Under the pieces are notes generated by a model that searched no databases, was not told the origin of the DNA, and was given only the letters and a program-made list of their open reading frames with translations. Source: a bacterium (lineage in GTDB: Bacteria > CALINM01). Taken from it: DNA of 11,204 nucleotides. Both the position numbers and the translations under genes were made by a program. Below, piece by piece: positions 1 through 7,773 of the stretch. Within the stretch, counting starts at the first letter, position 1. Every line of letters starts with the position of its first letter. The DNA lies in the NCBI GenBank assembly GCA_041640455.1, contig JBEQAF010000007.1, positions 28,478 to 39,681 on the forward strand, read 5' to 3'.

Positions 1-2
1 GG

Positions 3-833
3 TCTGGAGATATTGTGCTGGCTACAGAAGATATGTATGGCGGAACATGTCGGTTGTTTGATAAAATTTATTCCGAAACGGGAATAAGATTTATCTATAC
101 CGATACAAGCCAGCTCAAAAATGTGAAAGAGGCTTTTAGCAAAGAAAAAATTAGAGCCCTATTTCTGGAAAGCCCAACAAATCCTGTTCTCAAATGTGCC
201 GATATAAAAGCTATTTCCGAGATAGCTAAATATTCAGGAGCAATAACCATAGTTGATAATACCTTTCTAACCCCTCTGTTGCAAAAACCTCTCGAAATGG
301 GAGCTCATATAACAGTTTACAGTGCTACAAAATATCTTTCCGGTCATAATGATGTACTTGCAGGAATAGTTGTTACGAATGATGAAAAATTGGCAGAAAG
401 GATATATTTTTATCAGAATGCGGTGGGTGCGGTTTTAAGCCCCTTTGATAGCTGGCTTGTAATAAGGGGCTTAAAAACACTTTCGTTGAGATTACAGAAA
501 CAGCAGGAAAATGCCAGGATAATTGCAGATTTTTTAAGAAAACACAGGCGAGTAAAAAGGGTTTACTATCCAGAGATAGGAGCAATCATATCCTTTGAAA
601 TAGACGATGAAAAAGCTGTTTCTGAAATTCTTAAAAAAGTTAAGGTTTTTTTGTTTGCCGAAAGCCTCGGTGGAGTTGAGTCATTAATCACCTATCCTTA
701 TATCCAGACACACGCAGATATACCACAGGAAATCAGGGAACGCCTCGGAATTAATAAACGACTGCTCAGGCTATCTATAGGCATTGAGGATGCAGATGAC
801 CTGATTGCCGATCTTGATAGATGTTTAGGTTGA
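3..833 (+). CDS. metI: Cystathionine gamma-synthase / O-acetylhomoserine thiolyase (MetI-like), Cys/Met metabolism PLP enzyme, 5'-truncated
   Basis: The frame is open from position 3 (SGDIVLATEDMYGGT), so the true start is upstream of the window. Motifs: ESPTNP, VDNTF, YSATKYLSGHND (PLP lysine). The short VYYPEIGAIISF loop and FAESLGGVESLITYP..QTHADIP resemble Bacillus-type MetI. Confidence 0.8.
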   Translation, partial: SGDIVLATEDMYGGTCRLFDKIYSETGIRFIYTDTSQLKNVKEAFSKEKIRALFLESPTNPVLKCADIKAISEIAKYSGAITIVDNTFLTPLLQKPLEMGAHITVYSATKYLSGHNDVLAGIVVTNDEKLAERIYFYQNAVGAVLSPFDSWLVIRGLKTLSLRLQKQQENARIIADFLRKHRRVKRVYYPEIGAIISFEIDDEKAVSEILKKVKVFLFAESLGGVESLITYPYIQTHADIPQEIRERLGINKRLLRLSIGIEDADDLIADLDRCLG

Positions 834-876
834 ATAAAATGAAGTAAGAGATAAAATTATTAGGAAGGAGCCAGTT

Positions 877-2019
877 ATGAAATATAAGACAAAAATTTTA
901 CACAGGTCAGGCGGAGTTGATCCTTTTACAGGCGCTTCCAGCATACCTATATATCAGGCTTCCACATTTGCTCAGAAAGATCCTATTAACTTAGGCAGGT
1001 ATGAGTATTCGAGGGGGGCAAATCCTACAAGAGAGGTGCTTGAGAATGCTATTGCTGAACTGGAAAACGGAGAAACAGGCTATGCCTTTGCCTCAGGAAT
1101 GGCAGCCATTTCTTCAGTTTTTTTACTTTTTAAACCTGGTGATCATATTGTGGTAAGTGAAGATGTCTATGGAGGTACGTACAGAATTCTTACCACATTG
1201 TTCAAACAGTGGCAATTGAAATGCAGTTTCGTAGATTCAACAGATATTGATGCATTAAAAAAAGCTATACTGCCTGAAACTAAGGCAGTTTATGTGGAAA
1301 CACCCTCTAACCCGATTCTTAAAATTACTGATCTTGCTGCCGTTGCTGAGATGGCAAAGGAAAGGGGGCTATTAGCTATAACTGACAACACCTTCATGAC
1401 GCCCTATCTGCAACGTCCCCTTGATCTCGGATTTGATATTGTAGTTCACAGCGCAACAAAATTTTTAGGCGGACACAGCGATCTTATTGCAGGGCTTGCG
1501 GTGTGCAAAACAAAAGAGCTGGGACATAAACTTGGTTTTATTCAGCGAGCCTTTGGCGCCATTCTGGGTCCACAGGATAGCTGGCTTGTTTTACGTGGCA
1601 TAAAAACCCTTTCTGCAAGAATGGATACCACGCAACGGTCTGCTGAAACCCTTGCGAACTGGCTTATAAATCAGGACGGCATAAAAAAGGTATACTACCC
1701 AACACTTCCCACTCATCGAGGAAGAGATATTCATATTAAACAGGCTTCAGGAGGTGGAGCTGTACTCTCTTTTGAGCTGGAAAGCAGAGAAAAGGCTCTT
1801 GAATTTATGAAGCGTATTAAAGTACCTATTCTTGCAGTAAGTCTGGGCGGTGTTGAAAGCATACTCTCCTATCCAGCTACCATGTCTCATGCAGCCATGC
1901 CTGAAAAGGAGCGCCATAAGAGAGGTATTAAAGATAGTCTTGTGCGTCTATCTGTTGGGCTGGAAGATGTGGAAGATTTGAAAGAAGACATATCTCAGGC
2001 TTTAAAAAATATTCTTTAA
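877..2019 (+). CDS. metC: Cystathionine beta-lyase (MetC-like), Cys/Met metabolism PLP enzyme
   Basis: SD AAGGAG before the ATG. Motifs: PIYQASTF, YEYSRGANPTR, FASGMAAI, ETPSNP, HSATKFLGGHSD. The C-terminal VSLGGVESILSYPATMSHAAMP matches Bacillus-type MetC. It is tandem with a metI-like gene. Gamma-lyase specificity cannot be excluded. Confidence 0.8.
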   Translation: MKYKTKILHRSGGVDPFTGASSIPIYQASTFAQKDPINLGRYEYSRGANPTREVLENAIAELENGETGYAFASGMAAISSVFLLFKPGDHIVVSEDVYGGTYRILTTLFKQWQLKCSFVDSTDIDALKKAILPETKAVYVETPSNPILKITDLAAVAEMAKERGLLAITDNTFMTPYLQRPLDLGFDIVVHSATKFLGGHSDLIAGLAVCKTKELGHKLGFIQRAFGAILGPQDSWLVLRGIKTLSARMDTTQRSAETLANWLINQDGIKKVYYPTLPTHRGRDIHIKQASGGGAVLSFELESREKALEFMKRIKVPILAVSLGGVESILSYPATMSHAAMPEKERHKRGIKDSLVRLSVGLEDVEDLKEDISQALKNIL

Positions 2020-2144
2020 ACAGTTACCGATTATAATTTGCTGGAATTAAAATAAATTTTTACCTGCCTGTTGCCTTCTCTAAGGTGAAAACAATGTCTG
2101 TTTATTTTTTAATTTATAAAAACATCCAATTTTTTCATCAGTTA

Positions 2145-2153
2145 TGAGATAAT
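2145..2153 (+). promoter_or_regulatory. Putative extended -10 promoter (TGnGATAAT) for rarA, likely leaderless
   Basis: TGAGATAAT ends 6 nt before ATG 2160. There is no SD; the bases before the ATG are a T-run. Confidence 0.4.
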
Positions 2154-2159
2154 TTTTTT

Positions 2160-3419
2160 ATGGAACCTCTCGCAACAAGAATACGCCCCAGGAGTTTTGA
2201 TGAGTTTATCGGCAACAAAGAGATAGTTCGGGCAGATTGGTTTATAAGAGGGTTAAGAGAAAAAAATCTTATATCCCTTATCATCTACGGAGAACCAGGC
2301 GTGGGCAAGACCACCCTTGCTTTACTTATTATCAAGGAGCTCGGTTTACCTTATAAAATCTTTTCTGCCGTCACATCTGGGATTAAAGAAGTTAAAGCCT
2401 TCATAGAAGAAGCAGAAAAAAGATTTTCAGATAAAGGTGTTAAGACAGTTCTTTTCATAGACGAGATTCATCGTTTCAACAAGGCACAGCAGGATGCTTT
2501 CCTCCCATGGATTGAAAAAGGTGTGATAATTCTAATTGGCGCTACCACTGAGAATCCAGGTTTTTATATTAATGCACCTTTACTATCTCGGGTAAAAACA
2601 ATACATTTAAAAACACTTTCAAAGGAAGATATCCTCCAAGTTATAAAAAGGGGGCTTGAAGACCTCTACATATCCTCAAAAATGTCTCACTTATCGGAGG
2701 AGATTATAGATTTTATTGCCCAATACTCCAGTGGAGATGCAAGAATCGCCCTTAATACTCTGGAGCTAATAGCAAACAATTTTAAAGCAGATTTAACACT
2801 ATCAGATGTAGAAAAGATACTGGAAAGCAAAAGCCTCAAATATGACAAGCTTGGTGACAGTCATTATAATATCATTTCCGCTTTCATTAAAAGCATGCGA
2901 GGCTCAGATCCTGATGCAGCAGTTTATTATTTAGCCAGGATGCTGGAGGCTGGAGAAGATCCCTATTTTATCTTACGAAGAATGATAATCTTTGCTTCAG
3001 AAGATATAGGTAATGCTGATCCCCATGCACTGATGATTGCCACCTCAGCATTTACAGCCTTTAATGCCGTAGGTCTGCCTGAAGGATTTATACCTCTTTC
3101 TCAGGCTGTATGTTATCTTTCTCTTGCTCCCAAAAGCAACGCCTCTTATCTGGCTTATCTGAAGGCTAAAGAAGATGTGATAAAATATGGAAACATCAAT
3201 CCTCCTCTTCATATCCTTAACCCTGCAACAAGGATAATGAAAGTTGAGGGATTTGGAAAGGGTTACAAGTATCCTCATGACTATCCAGGAGGTTTTGTAA
3301 GAGGGATTAATTACCTGCCCGAACAGCTTAAACAAAGAAGGTACTATGAGCCAAAAGATATAGGTCATGAAAAAATATTAAAAGAACGGTTAAAACGGAT
3401 TAAAGATGAAAAAGATTAG
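2160..3419 (+). CDS. rarA: Replication-associated recombination protein A (RarA/MgsA AAA+ ATPase)
   Basis: N-terminal PLA.R.RP, Walker [10 protein letters not shown], Walker [61 protein letters not shown]. Confidence 0.96.
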   Translation: MEPLATRIRPRSFDEFIGNKEIVRADWFIRGLREKNLISLIIYGEPGVGKTTLALLIIKELGLPYKIFSAVTSGIKEVKAFIEEAEKRFSDKGVKTVLFIDEIHRFNKAQQDAFLPWIEKGVIILIGATTENPGFYINAPLLSRVKTIHLKTLSKEDILQVIKRGLEDLYISSKMSHLSEEIIDFIAQYSSGDARIALNTLELIANNFKADLTLSDVEKILESKSLKYDKLGDSHYNIISAFIKSMRGSDPDAAVYYLARMLEAGEDPYFILRRMIIFASEDIGNADPHALMIATSAFTAFNAVGLPEGFIPLSQAVCYLSLAPKSNASYLAYLKAKEDVIKYGNINPPLHILNPATRIMKVEGFGKGYKYPHDYPGGFVRGINYLPEQLKQRRYYEPKDIGHEKILKERLKRIKDEKD

Positions 3420-4629
3420 TTTATTGTTCATGTGTATATTTTTCTTTACTACAAATGCATTTTCCTTAACCATAGAGGAGCTCGAGAAGGAGATTAAATC
3501 TCTTCCCGTTGAGAGGATATCTATAGTTACTTCGAAAAAAAAAGGCGCTGAGCTGGAAAAGCTAAAATCTGTCCAGATATTCGTACTTCCAGAAAAGGAC
3601 AGGTGGAATCAGCTGTTAGCAGATTTTAAAAAGAACGGAGTAGACACGCTGATAATTCGGGTTTTTCATAATAAAGGAGACAGATACCATTGTAACCTCA
3701 AGTCAGACATTTCTGAGGGTGTATATTTCAAAACCAGGCATCTGCCTTTAATTGAGGATATTCTTTCTGATTTTGTAAGATTATCAAAAGCTCGAGGTTT
3801 TAAAGTCTTTGCATGGATGACAACCCGTTATGCCAGCTACGGTAGAACAGATTTAACAAGGGTGCGGGGATATTCCTTTGAAAAAGACTGTTATTTTGAC
3901 ACCAAAGGAATCAATCTGTTTGATACTAAAAATCAAAATTTTATTAAGTCTGTCTTTAGAGATCTTGCATCCTATCGGATTGACGGGATTCTTCTTCAGG
4001 ATGACCTTTTTCTCAGGCATAACGAGGGTTTTTGTGAAGAGTCAGATCTTGAATTTCAAAAAATATATGGTAAAAAACCGCTACCGCAGGAGCTTTATAT
4101 ACGTAACGGAAATCAGATACGCTACACGGAGCTTTTTTATAGATGGCGTGATTTTAAAAGCAAAAAAATGTCAGAATTAATCTCTGATTTAAAAAATGCC
4201 ATAAAGGAGGTTAATCCAGATATCAAGCTGGCAGTAAATCTTACCTATGAATCGATTACAAACCCCAAAGGGGCGCTTCTATGGCTTTCCCATAATCTTG
4301 AAGATCTTAAAGACGTAGCCGATTATTTCTCCATTATGGCTTATCACAGACAGATAATGGATGAGCTAAATCTTAATATTAAAGATACCAGAGAGTTTCT
4401 GGCTCGAATGACTGAAAGATGCCATGAGATATTTAAACAGGAAATAAATAGGGTTATCTTTAAACTTCAGATTAAGGACTGGAAAACCAACGAGCCTATA
4501 AATGAGAACGAGCTTTATTACGTAACCGAAGACTGTTATAATATGCAAGACTTTAGCATCGCCATAGTACCCTATCCGCCTGATATACCAGAAAGGTTTG
4601 TAAAAAAATTATTTTCCCATAGTAGATAG
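3406..4629 (+). CDS. Secreted PgaB C-terminal-like (GH153/GHL13) glycoside hydrolase without a deacetylase domain
   Basis: Signal peptide [56 protein letters not shown] and DY..IMAY parallel PgaB C-domain motifs (V.F..R.LP...D, .YAWM, DLA....DGILFHDD, D...IMA). Overlaps the rarA end by 14 nt. Confidence 0.75.
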   Translation: MKKISLLFMCIFFFTTNAFSLTIEELEKEIKSLPVERISIVTSKKKGAELEKLKSVQIFVLPEKDRWNQLLADFKKNGVDTLIIRVFHNKGDRYHCNLKSDISEGVYFKTRHLPLIEDILSDFVRLSKARGFKVFAWMTTRYASYGRTDLTRVRGYSFEKDCYFDTKGINLFDTKNQNFIKSVFRDLASYRIDGILLQDDLFLRHNEGFCEESDLEFQKIYGKKPLPQELYIRNGNQIRYTELFYRWRDFKSKKMSELISDLKNAIKEVNPDIKLAVNLTYESITNPKGALLWLSHNLEDLKDVADYFSIMAYHRQIMDELNLNIKDTREFLARMTERCHEIFKQEINRVIFKLQIKDWKTNEPINENELYYVTEDCYNMQDFSIAIVPYPPDIPERFVKKLFSHSR

Positions 4630-4683
4630 AAGTCATAGATTATTTTGCAAATTATTAAATATAAATAGTATTCAATTTTTTTG

Positions 4684-4712
4684 TTGCATTTCAGATATTT
4701 GTCTGGTTTAAT
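4684..4712 (+). promoter_or_regulatory. Putative sigma70 promoter for the LysM-NlpC/P60 gene
   Basis: TTGCAT (4684-4689), 17 nt, TTTAAT (4707-4712) with an upstream TGn, ending 10 nt before ATG 4723. Confidence 0.35.
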
Positions 4713-4722
4713 AGGTAAAGCT

Positions 4723-5664
4723 ATGAAGAAAAACAAATATTGTTTTAATTTTTTAATAATTTTTGTTTTCGTTGTATTTTCAGCAACATACAGTTATTCA
4801 GAGAATATTAAAAACAGACCTGTCAAAAAAAAGAAGGCTGTTTCTGTCAGGAGCTCTTCAAAAACAGCGGTTAAAAAAACAGTTAAAACCAGATCAGCTC
4901 GGTCATCAAAATACATAATTAAAAAAGGTGACACTATAAGAACCATTGCCAGAAATAAGGGGCTATCGGAGAAAGATATCCTTGCCCTAAACAAAAACAT
5001 AAATCCAACCCGTCTTAAACCTGGACAGACCATTCTTCTACCATCAACCTGCTCTCTCTCGGCAGAGAGAATAACAAAATACAAAAAGACCTACTCAGTT
5101 TCTTCAGAACAGATTAATAATTTCAAAACTGCAAGCCGAAGGCTGGCAGATGAAGAGGAAGAAGAGGATTATGATGGGGATGAAGAGGTTTCTTCGGATA
5201 ATTTTACACTTACAGAGCCCAGAAAAGAGGTTCAGCTTTACAGTCTGAGAGAAGACGATATCAGAAAGATTATTACCAATGCCCTTGATTATGTAGGCGC
5301 CACTTATAAATACGGCGGAGATAATATAAACTCTATGGACTGCTCTGCATTTGTTAGAAGGGTATTCAGAGAGGTAAATATTAACCTTCCAAGAACATCC
5401 AGAGAGCAATATACTTTGGGCGTTGAAATTGATATAAATGAGCTTCGGGAAGGAGACCTCCTATTTTTTGCCAAAAAAAATAGGATTAATCATGTGGGTA
5501 TATATATTGGCAACAATATGTATATTCATGCGGCAAGAAAAGGCAAGGGAGTTATCGTATCAAACCTTGACAGCCCCTATGTAAAAAAATATTTTGCTGG
5601 GGCTAAAAGGCTATTTACTCTCCAGTCTGCAATGAACCTATCATCTGATAAACTGATAAATTAA
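4723..5664 (+). CDS. LysM domain + NlpC/P60 (C40) peptidoglycan endopeptidase
   Basis: Start reassigned from TTG 4681 to ATG 4723, which gives a typical signal peptide/anchor MKKNKYCFNFLIIFVFVVFSATYSYS. LysM: YIIKKGDTIRTIA...ILALN....RLKPGQTILLP. NlpC/P60: YKYGG...MDCSAFV...LPRTSREQ...GDLLFF...HVGIYIG...IHAA, with Cys-His-His triad intact. Confidence 0.92.
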   Translation: MKKNKYCFNFLIIFVFVVFSATYSYSENIKNRPVKKKKAVSVRSSSKTAVKKTVKTRSARSSKYIIKKGDTIRTIARNKGLSEKDILALNKNINPTRLKPGQTILLPSTCSLSAERITKYKKTYSVSSEQINNFKTASRRLADEEEEEDYDGDEEVSSDNFTLTEPRKEVQLYSLREDDIRKIITNALDYVGATYKYGGDNINSMDCSAFVRRVFREVNINLPRTSREQYTLGVEIDINELREGDLLFFAKKNRINHVGIYIGNNMYIHAARKGKGVIVSNLDSPYVKKYFAGAKRLFTLQSAMNLSSDKLIN

Positions 5665-6600
5665 GCTAAGTATAAACGTTCCGCTCACACATACAAAAAT
5701 ATAGTAGAAAAACAGCCTCTTTTTAAACATGGTGAAGAACACGGCCATAACAGGTATAGCGGTTACAGGTCCACCAATTAGAAAAGCCAGCCCTGCCCCT
5801 TTGCTTATACCTTTTTCAAGAAGGCCATAAAGAATGGCAGAGGCAGATATCTGGTTCACATAAAGCGGAATAGACAGAACTATCACTCCTAAAATGTTGA
5901 GTGGATTACTATTACTAAGATAGCCGCTTATCCACTCAATAGGGACATATTTTGATATTAAAATCTCAAAAAATATTCCTATCAATAGATATTTGCCTAT
6001 TCTTAAAGCTCCTTCATAGAATTTTGCCCAGAAAAGAACAAACTTGCTTCTGGTTTTACTCTCCACTCTGTGGCTTAGTTGCATATGACAGCTGCATCTT
6101 AGCTCCTCTATGGGAAAATCAGGGTCATGAAAGTCCATATCATGAGGGATCTCATTTAGCTTCATAATCTGATGGTTTTTAAAATATTTATTTTCCAGAA
6201 AATAGGTTAGAATGCCCGCGTATAGCCCCATAAAAACTGCACCCATAAGCTTTACAAGTGCCCATTCAGTCCCCAGCTCAAACTGGATAAGGGTATATCC
6301 AGATGGGCTCATTAATGGAGATGTTACAATCAAAGCCATAACAATAGAAAGCGGAACTCCTCCAAATAGAAGCCCGAGGGAAAGAGGCAGTACTCCGCAT
6401 GCACATAAAGGGCTTATAAGACCTAAAAAAACGGCTATTAAAATGGATATAAAACCATATTTTCTGATAGTGCTCTTGATCTTGATATGCCATTTATAGG
6501 TTCTTATCAAAGCCTCAATTGCAACACCAGAAAGAAAATAGGGTAAGAGAAAGACAAACTCTGCCCAAAAATCTTTTATGAAGTCAATAATATGGGACAT
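5641..6600 (-). CDS. Predicted permease, DUF318/ArsP-like family
   Basis: Multi-TM protein with two homologous halves: G.ISPLCACGVLP...GVP....A.IVTSP.M in the first, PLYV...L.EKGISKGAGLAFLIGGP in the second. The central loop is His/Asp/Cys-rich. The 3' end overlaps the convergent NlpC gene by 24 nt. Confidence 0.85.
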   Translation of the reverse strand: MSHIIDFIKDFWAEFVFLLPYFLSGVAIEALIRTYKWHIKIKSTIRKYGFISILIAVFLGLISPLCACGVLPLSLGLLFGGVPLSIVMALIVTSPLMSPSGYTLIQFELGTEWALVKLMGAVFMGLYAGILTYFLENKYFKNHQIMKLNEIPHDMDFHDPDFPIEELRCSCHMQLSHRVESKTRSKFVLFWAKFYEGALRIGKYLLIGIFFEILISKYVPIEWISGYLSNSNPLNILGVIVLSIPLYVNQISASAILYGLLEKGISKGAGLAFLIGGPVTAIPVMAVFFTMFKKRLFFYYIFVCVSGTFILSLIYQFIR

Positions 6601-6613
6601 GTTGATTAGCTTA

Positions 6614-6630
6614 AGCAGAAACTATGCCAG
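6614..6630 (-). promoter_or_regulatory. Putative sigma54 (-24/-12) promoter for the permease
   Basis: Minus strand CTGGCATAGTTTCTGCT has exact GG-N10-GC spacing and matches the consensus YTGGCACG-N4-TTGCW. It sits in the 31-nt intergenic gap, correctly oriented. Confidence 0.55.
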
Positions 6631-6631
6631 C

Positions 6632-7408
6632 TTATTCCTTCTGCTCCTTCCAGAGCCTCTCCATCTCCATGTAAAGAGGTGGAAATTCAGGCTCGTATCG
6701 CAGAAAAGATGGGATGGGATATCTTGTTCCACCTTTGTGGGTACCCTCAAGCCCTTCTATTATCATATTTGCCTTTGAAACAGGTATGGTAAATACCATC
6801 TCCCAATCCTGCGTCTGTCCAAACAATCTGTCTCCGTAGCAGGGTAGTATAACCTGACACTCGTCGGTCTTCATTGTTCTTATTATAATATCTGCACAGT
6901 CAATTCTGCCGTTAATCTGCGTATTAAGCCCTCCTCCTGTTGTGTATAGTCTGGCATTAAGTAGCCGCAATACCTGTGCAGAGTTACCGTAAAAAACATA
7001 AAGATCAGGGGTAAAATTCTCCTTTCCCATTGGCGCTACCAGAATAGCTCTCAACTGATTATAGGAAAGCTTTGGCACTACTGATTCAGAGTTTTTTCCA
7101 GCCTCCTTATCTTTCGTATAAAGCCCCACGCAGATAGTTCCTTCTTCGTAATATTTAAGCGAAGGCTCCATACCAAAGGCAAGCTTGGCTGGCGGACATG
7201 ATATGTCTTCTCTGGTAAGAGCAAGAGCCCAGCCATATCTTCTTGAAATGGCAAAGGCTTGACAGATGGCAATTTTTTTACCTAAGTCTTTTAATGGTCT
7301 TCTGATCTTTTCAGGAATATTTTCTGTGTTGCATAAAGATACCGAAAGCGGAAAATAGCTTGGTCTGATATAGCTTTCAAAAGCCTTTAGAAGCTCCTGA
7401 GAACTCAT
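6632..7408 (-). CDS. DUF169 family protein (ArCR/COG2043-like, Cys-containing)
   Basis: Motifs ICQA...SRRYG, DISCP..K.AFG, YGNSAQV.RL, DCAD, LPCYGDR.FG...WEM.F.IP. The start is probably ATG 7408 (GGAGG-GTTTA-ATG) rather than 7420. Confidence 0.8.
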   Translation of the reverse strand: MSSQELLKAFESYIRPSYFPLSVSLCNTENIPEKIRRPLKDLGKKIAICQAFAISRRYGWALALTREDISCPPAKLAFGMEPSLKYYEEGTICVGLYTKDKEAGKNSESVVPKLSYNQLRAILVAPMGKENFTPDLYVFYGNSAQVLRLLNARLYTTGGGLNTQINGRIDCADIIIRTMKTDECQVILPCYGDRLFGQTQDWEMVFTIPVSKANMIIEGLEGTHKGGTRYPIPSFLRYEPEFPPLYMEMERLWKEQKE

Positions 7409-7424
7409 TAAACCCTCCATATGC

Positions 7425-7443
7425 CCCGGGGGAGAGCCCCGGG
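7425..7443 (-). other. GC-rich intergenic stem-loop (mRNA stabiliser, pause or attenuator candidate)
   Basis: CCCGGGG-CTCTC-CCCCGGG is a perfect 7-bp all-GC stem 9 nt after the ferredoxin stop. It has no U-tract, so it is not a canonical intrinsic terminator. Confidence 0.6.
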
Positions 7444-7452
7444 ACTATAAAA

Positions 7453-7623
7453 TTATGCTGGTTGTGGTGCACCTACAGGGCATACTTCTGCGCAGGTTCC
7501 ACAGTTATCGCACTTATTTGGATCGATAATATATTTGGGATCACCTTCGCTGATTGCTCCTGTGGGACATTCTTCCTTACATGCACCGCACATTACGCAG
7601 TCATCATTAATAACATATGCCAT
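7453..7623 (-). CDS. fdx: 2[4Fe-4S] ferredoxin, clostridial type (56 aa, not in ORF track)
   Basis: Manual translation: MAYVINDDCVMCGACKEECPTGAISEGDPKYIIDPNKCDNCGTCAEVCPVGAPQPA*. Two CxxCxxCxxxCP motifs and a strong SD GGAGGTG. Confidence 0.96.
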   Translation of the reverse strand: MAYVINDDCVMCGACKEECPTGAISEGDPKYIIDPNKCDNCGTCAEVCPVGAPQPA

Positions 7624-7655
7624 TTTAATCACCTCCCCTGCTTTTTTTCTTTTAA

Positions 7656-7763
7656 TTAATCCACCTTCACAAACTTTGATTTATCTGCTCCACAAACAGG
7701 ACATACATCTGGTGGTTCCGGACCTTCATGAATATAACCACAAACTGTACATTGCCACTTCAT
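7656..7763 (-). CDS. Stand-alone 35-aa rubredoxin-like protein (rubrerythrin-type Fe(Cys)4 domain, not in ORF track)
   Basis: Manual translation: [35 protein letters not shown]. CxxCG-x11-CPxCG motif. SD AGGAGG overlaps the upstream TAG. Confidence 0.9.
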   Translation of the reverse strand: MKWQCTVCGYIHEGPEPPDVCPVCGADKSKFVKVD

Positions 7764-7773
7764 TTAACGCCTC

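Noticed and set aside
2049..2110. Possible terminator or riboswitch between metC and rarA (TTGCCTT-CTCT-AAGGTGA, later T-run)
   Set aside because: The stem is weak, with two G-U pairs, and the T-run is not adjacent. No SAM or T-box consensus is recognisable.
3535..3543. A9 homopolymer early in the GH153-like gene as a phase-variation tract (also A8 runs in the NlpC gene and cheR)
   Set aside because: Frames are intact, and such runs are expected from Lys/Phe codons in an AT-rich genome.
4681..4722. TTG start at 4681 for the LysM-NlpC gene
   Set aside because: No SD, and it overlaps the candidate promoter. ATG 4723 gives a canonical signal peptide.
5641..5643. TGA stops (metI, permease, cheB, cheR) as selenocysteine codons
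   Set aside because: They fall at the expected C-termini of complete domains, not at conserved Cys positions.
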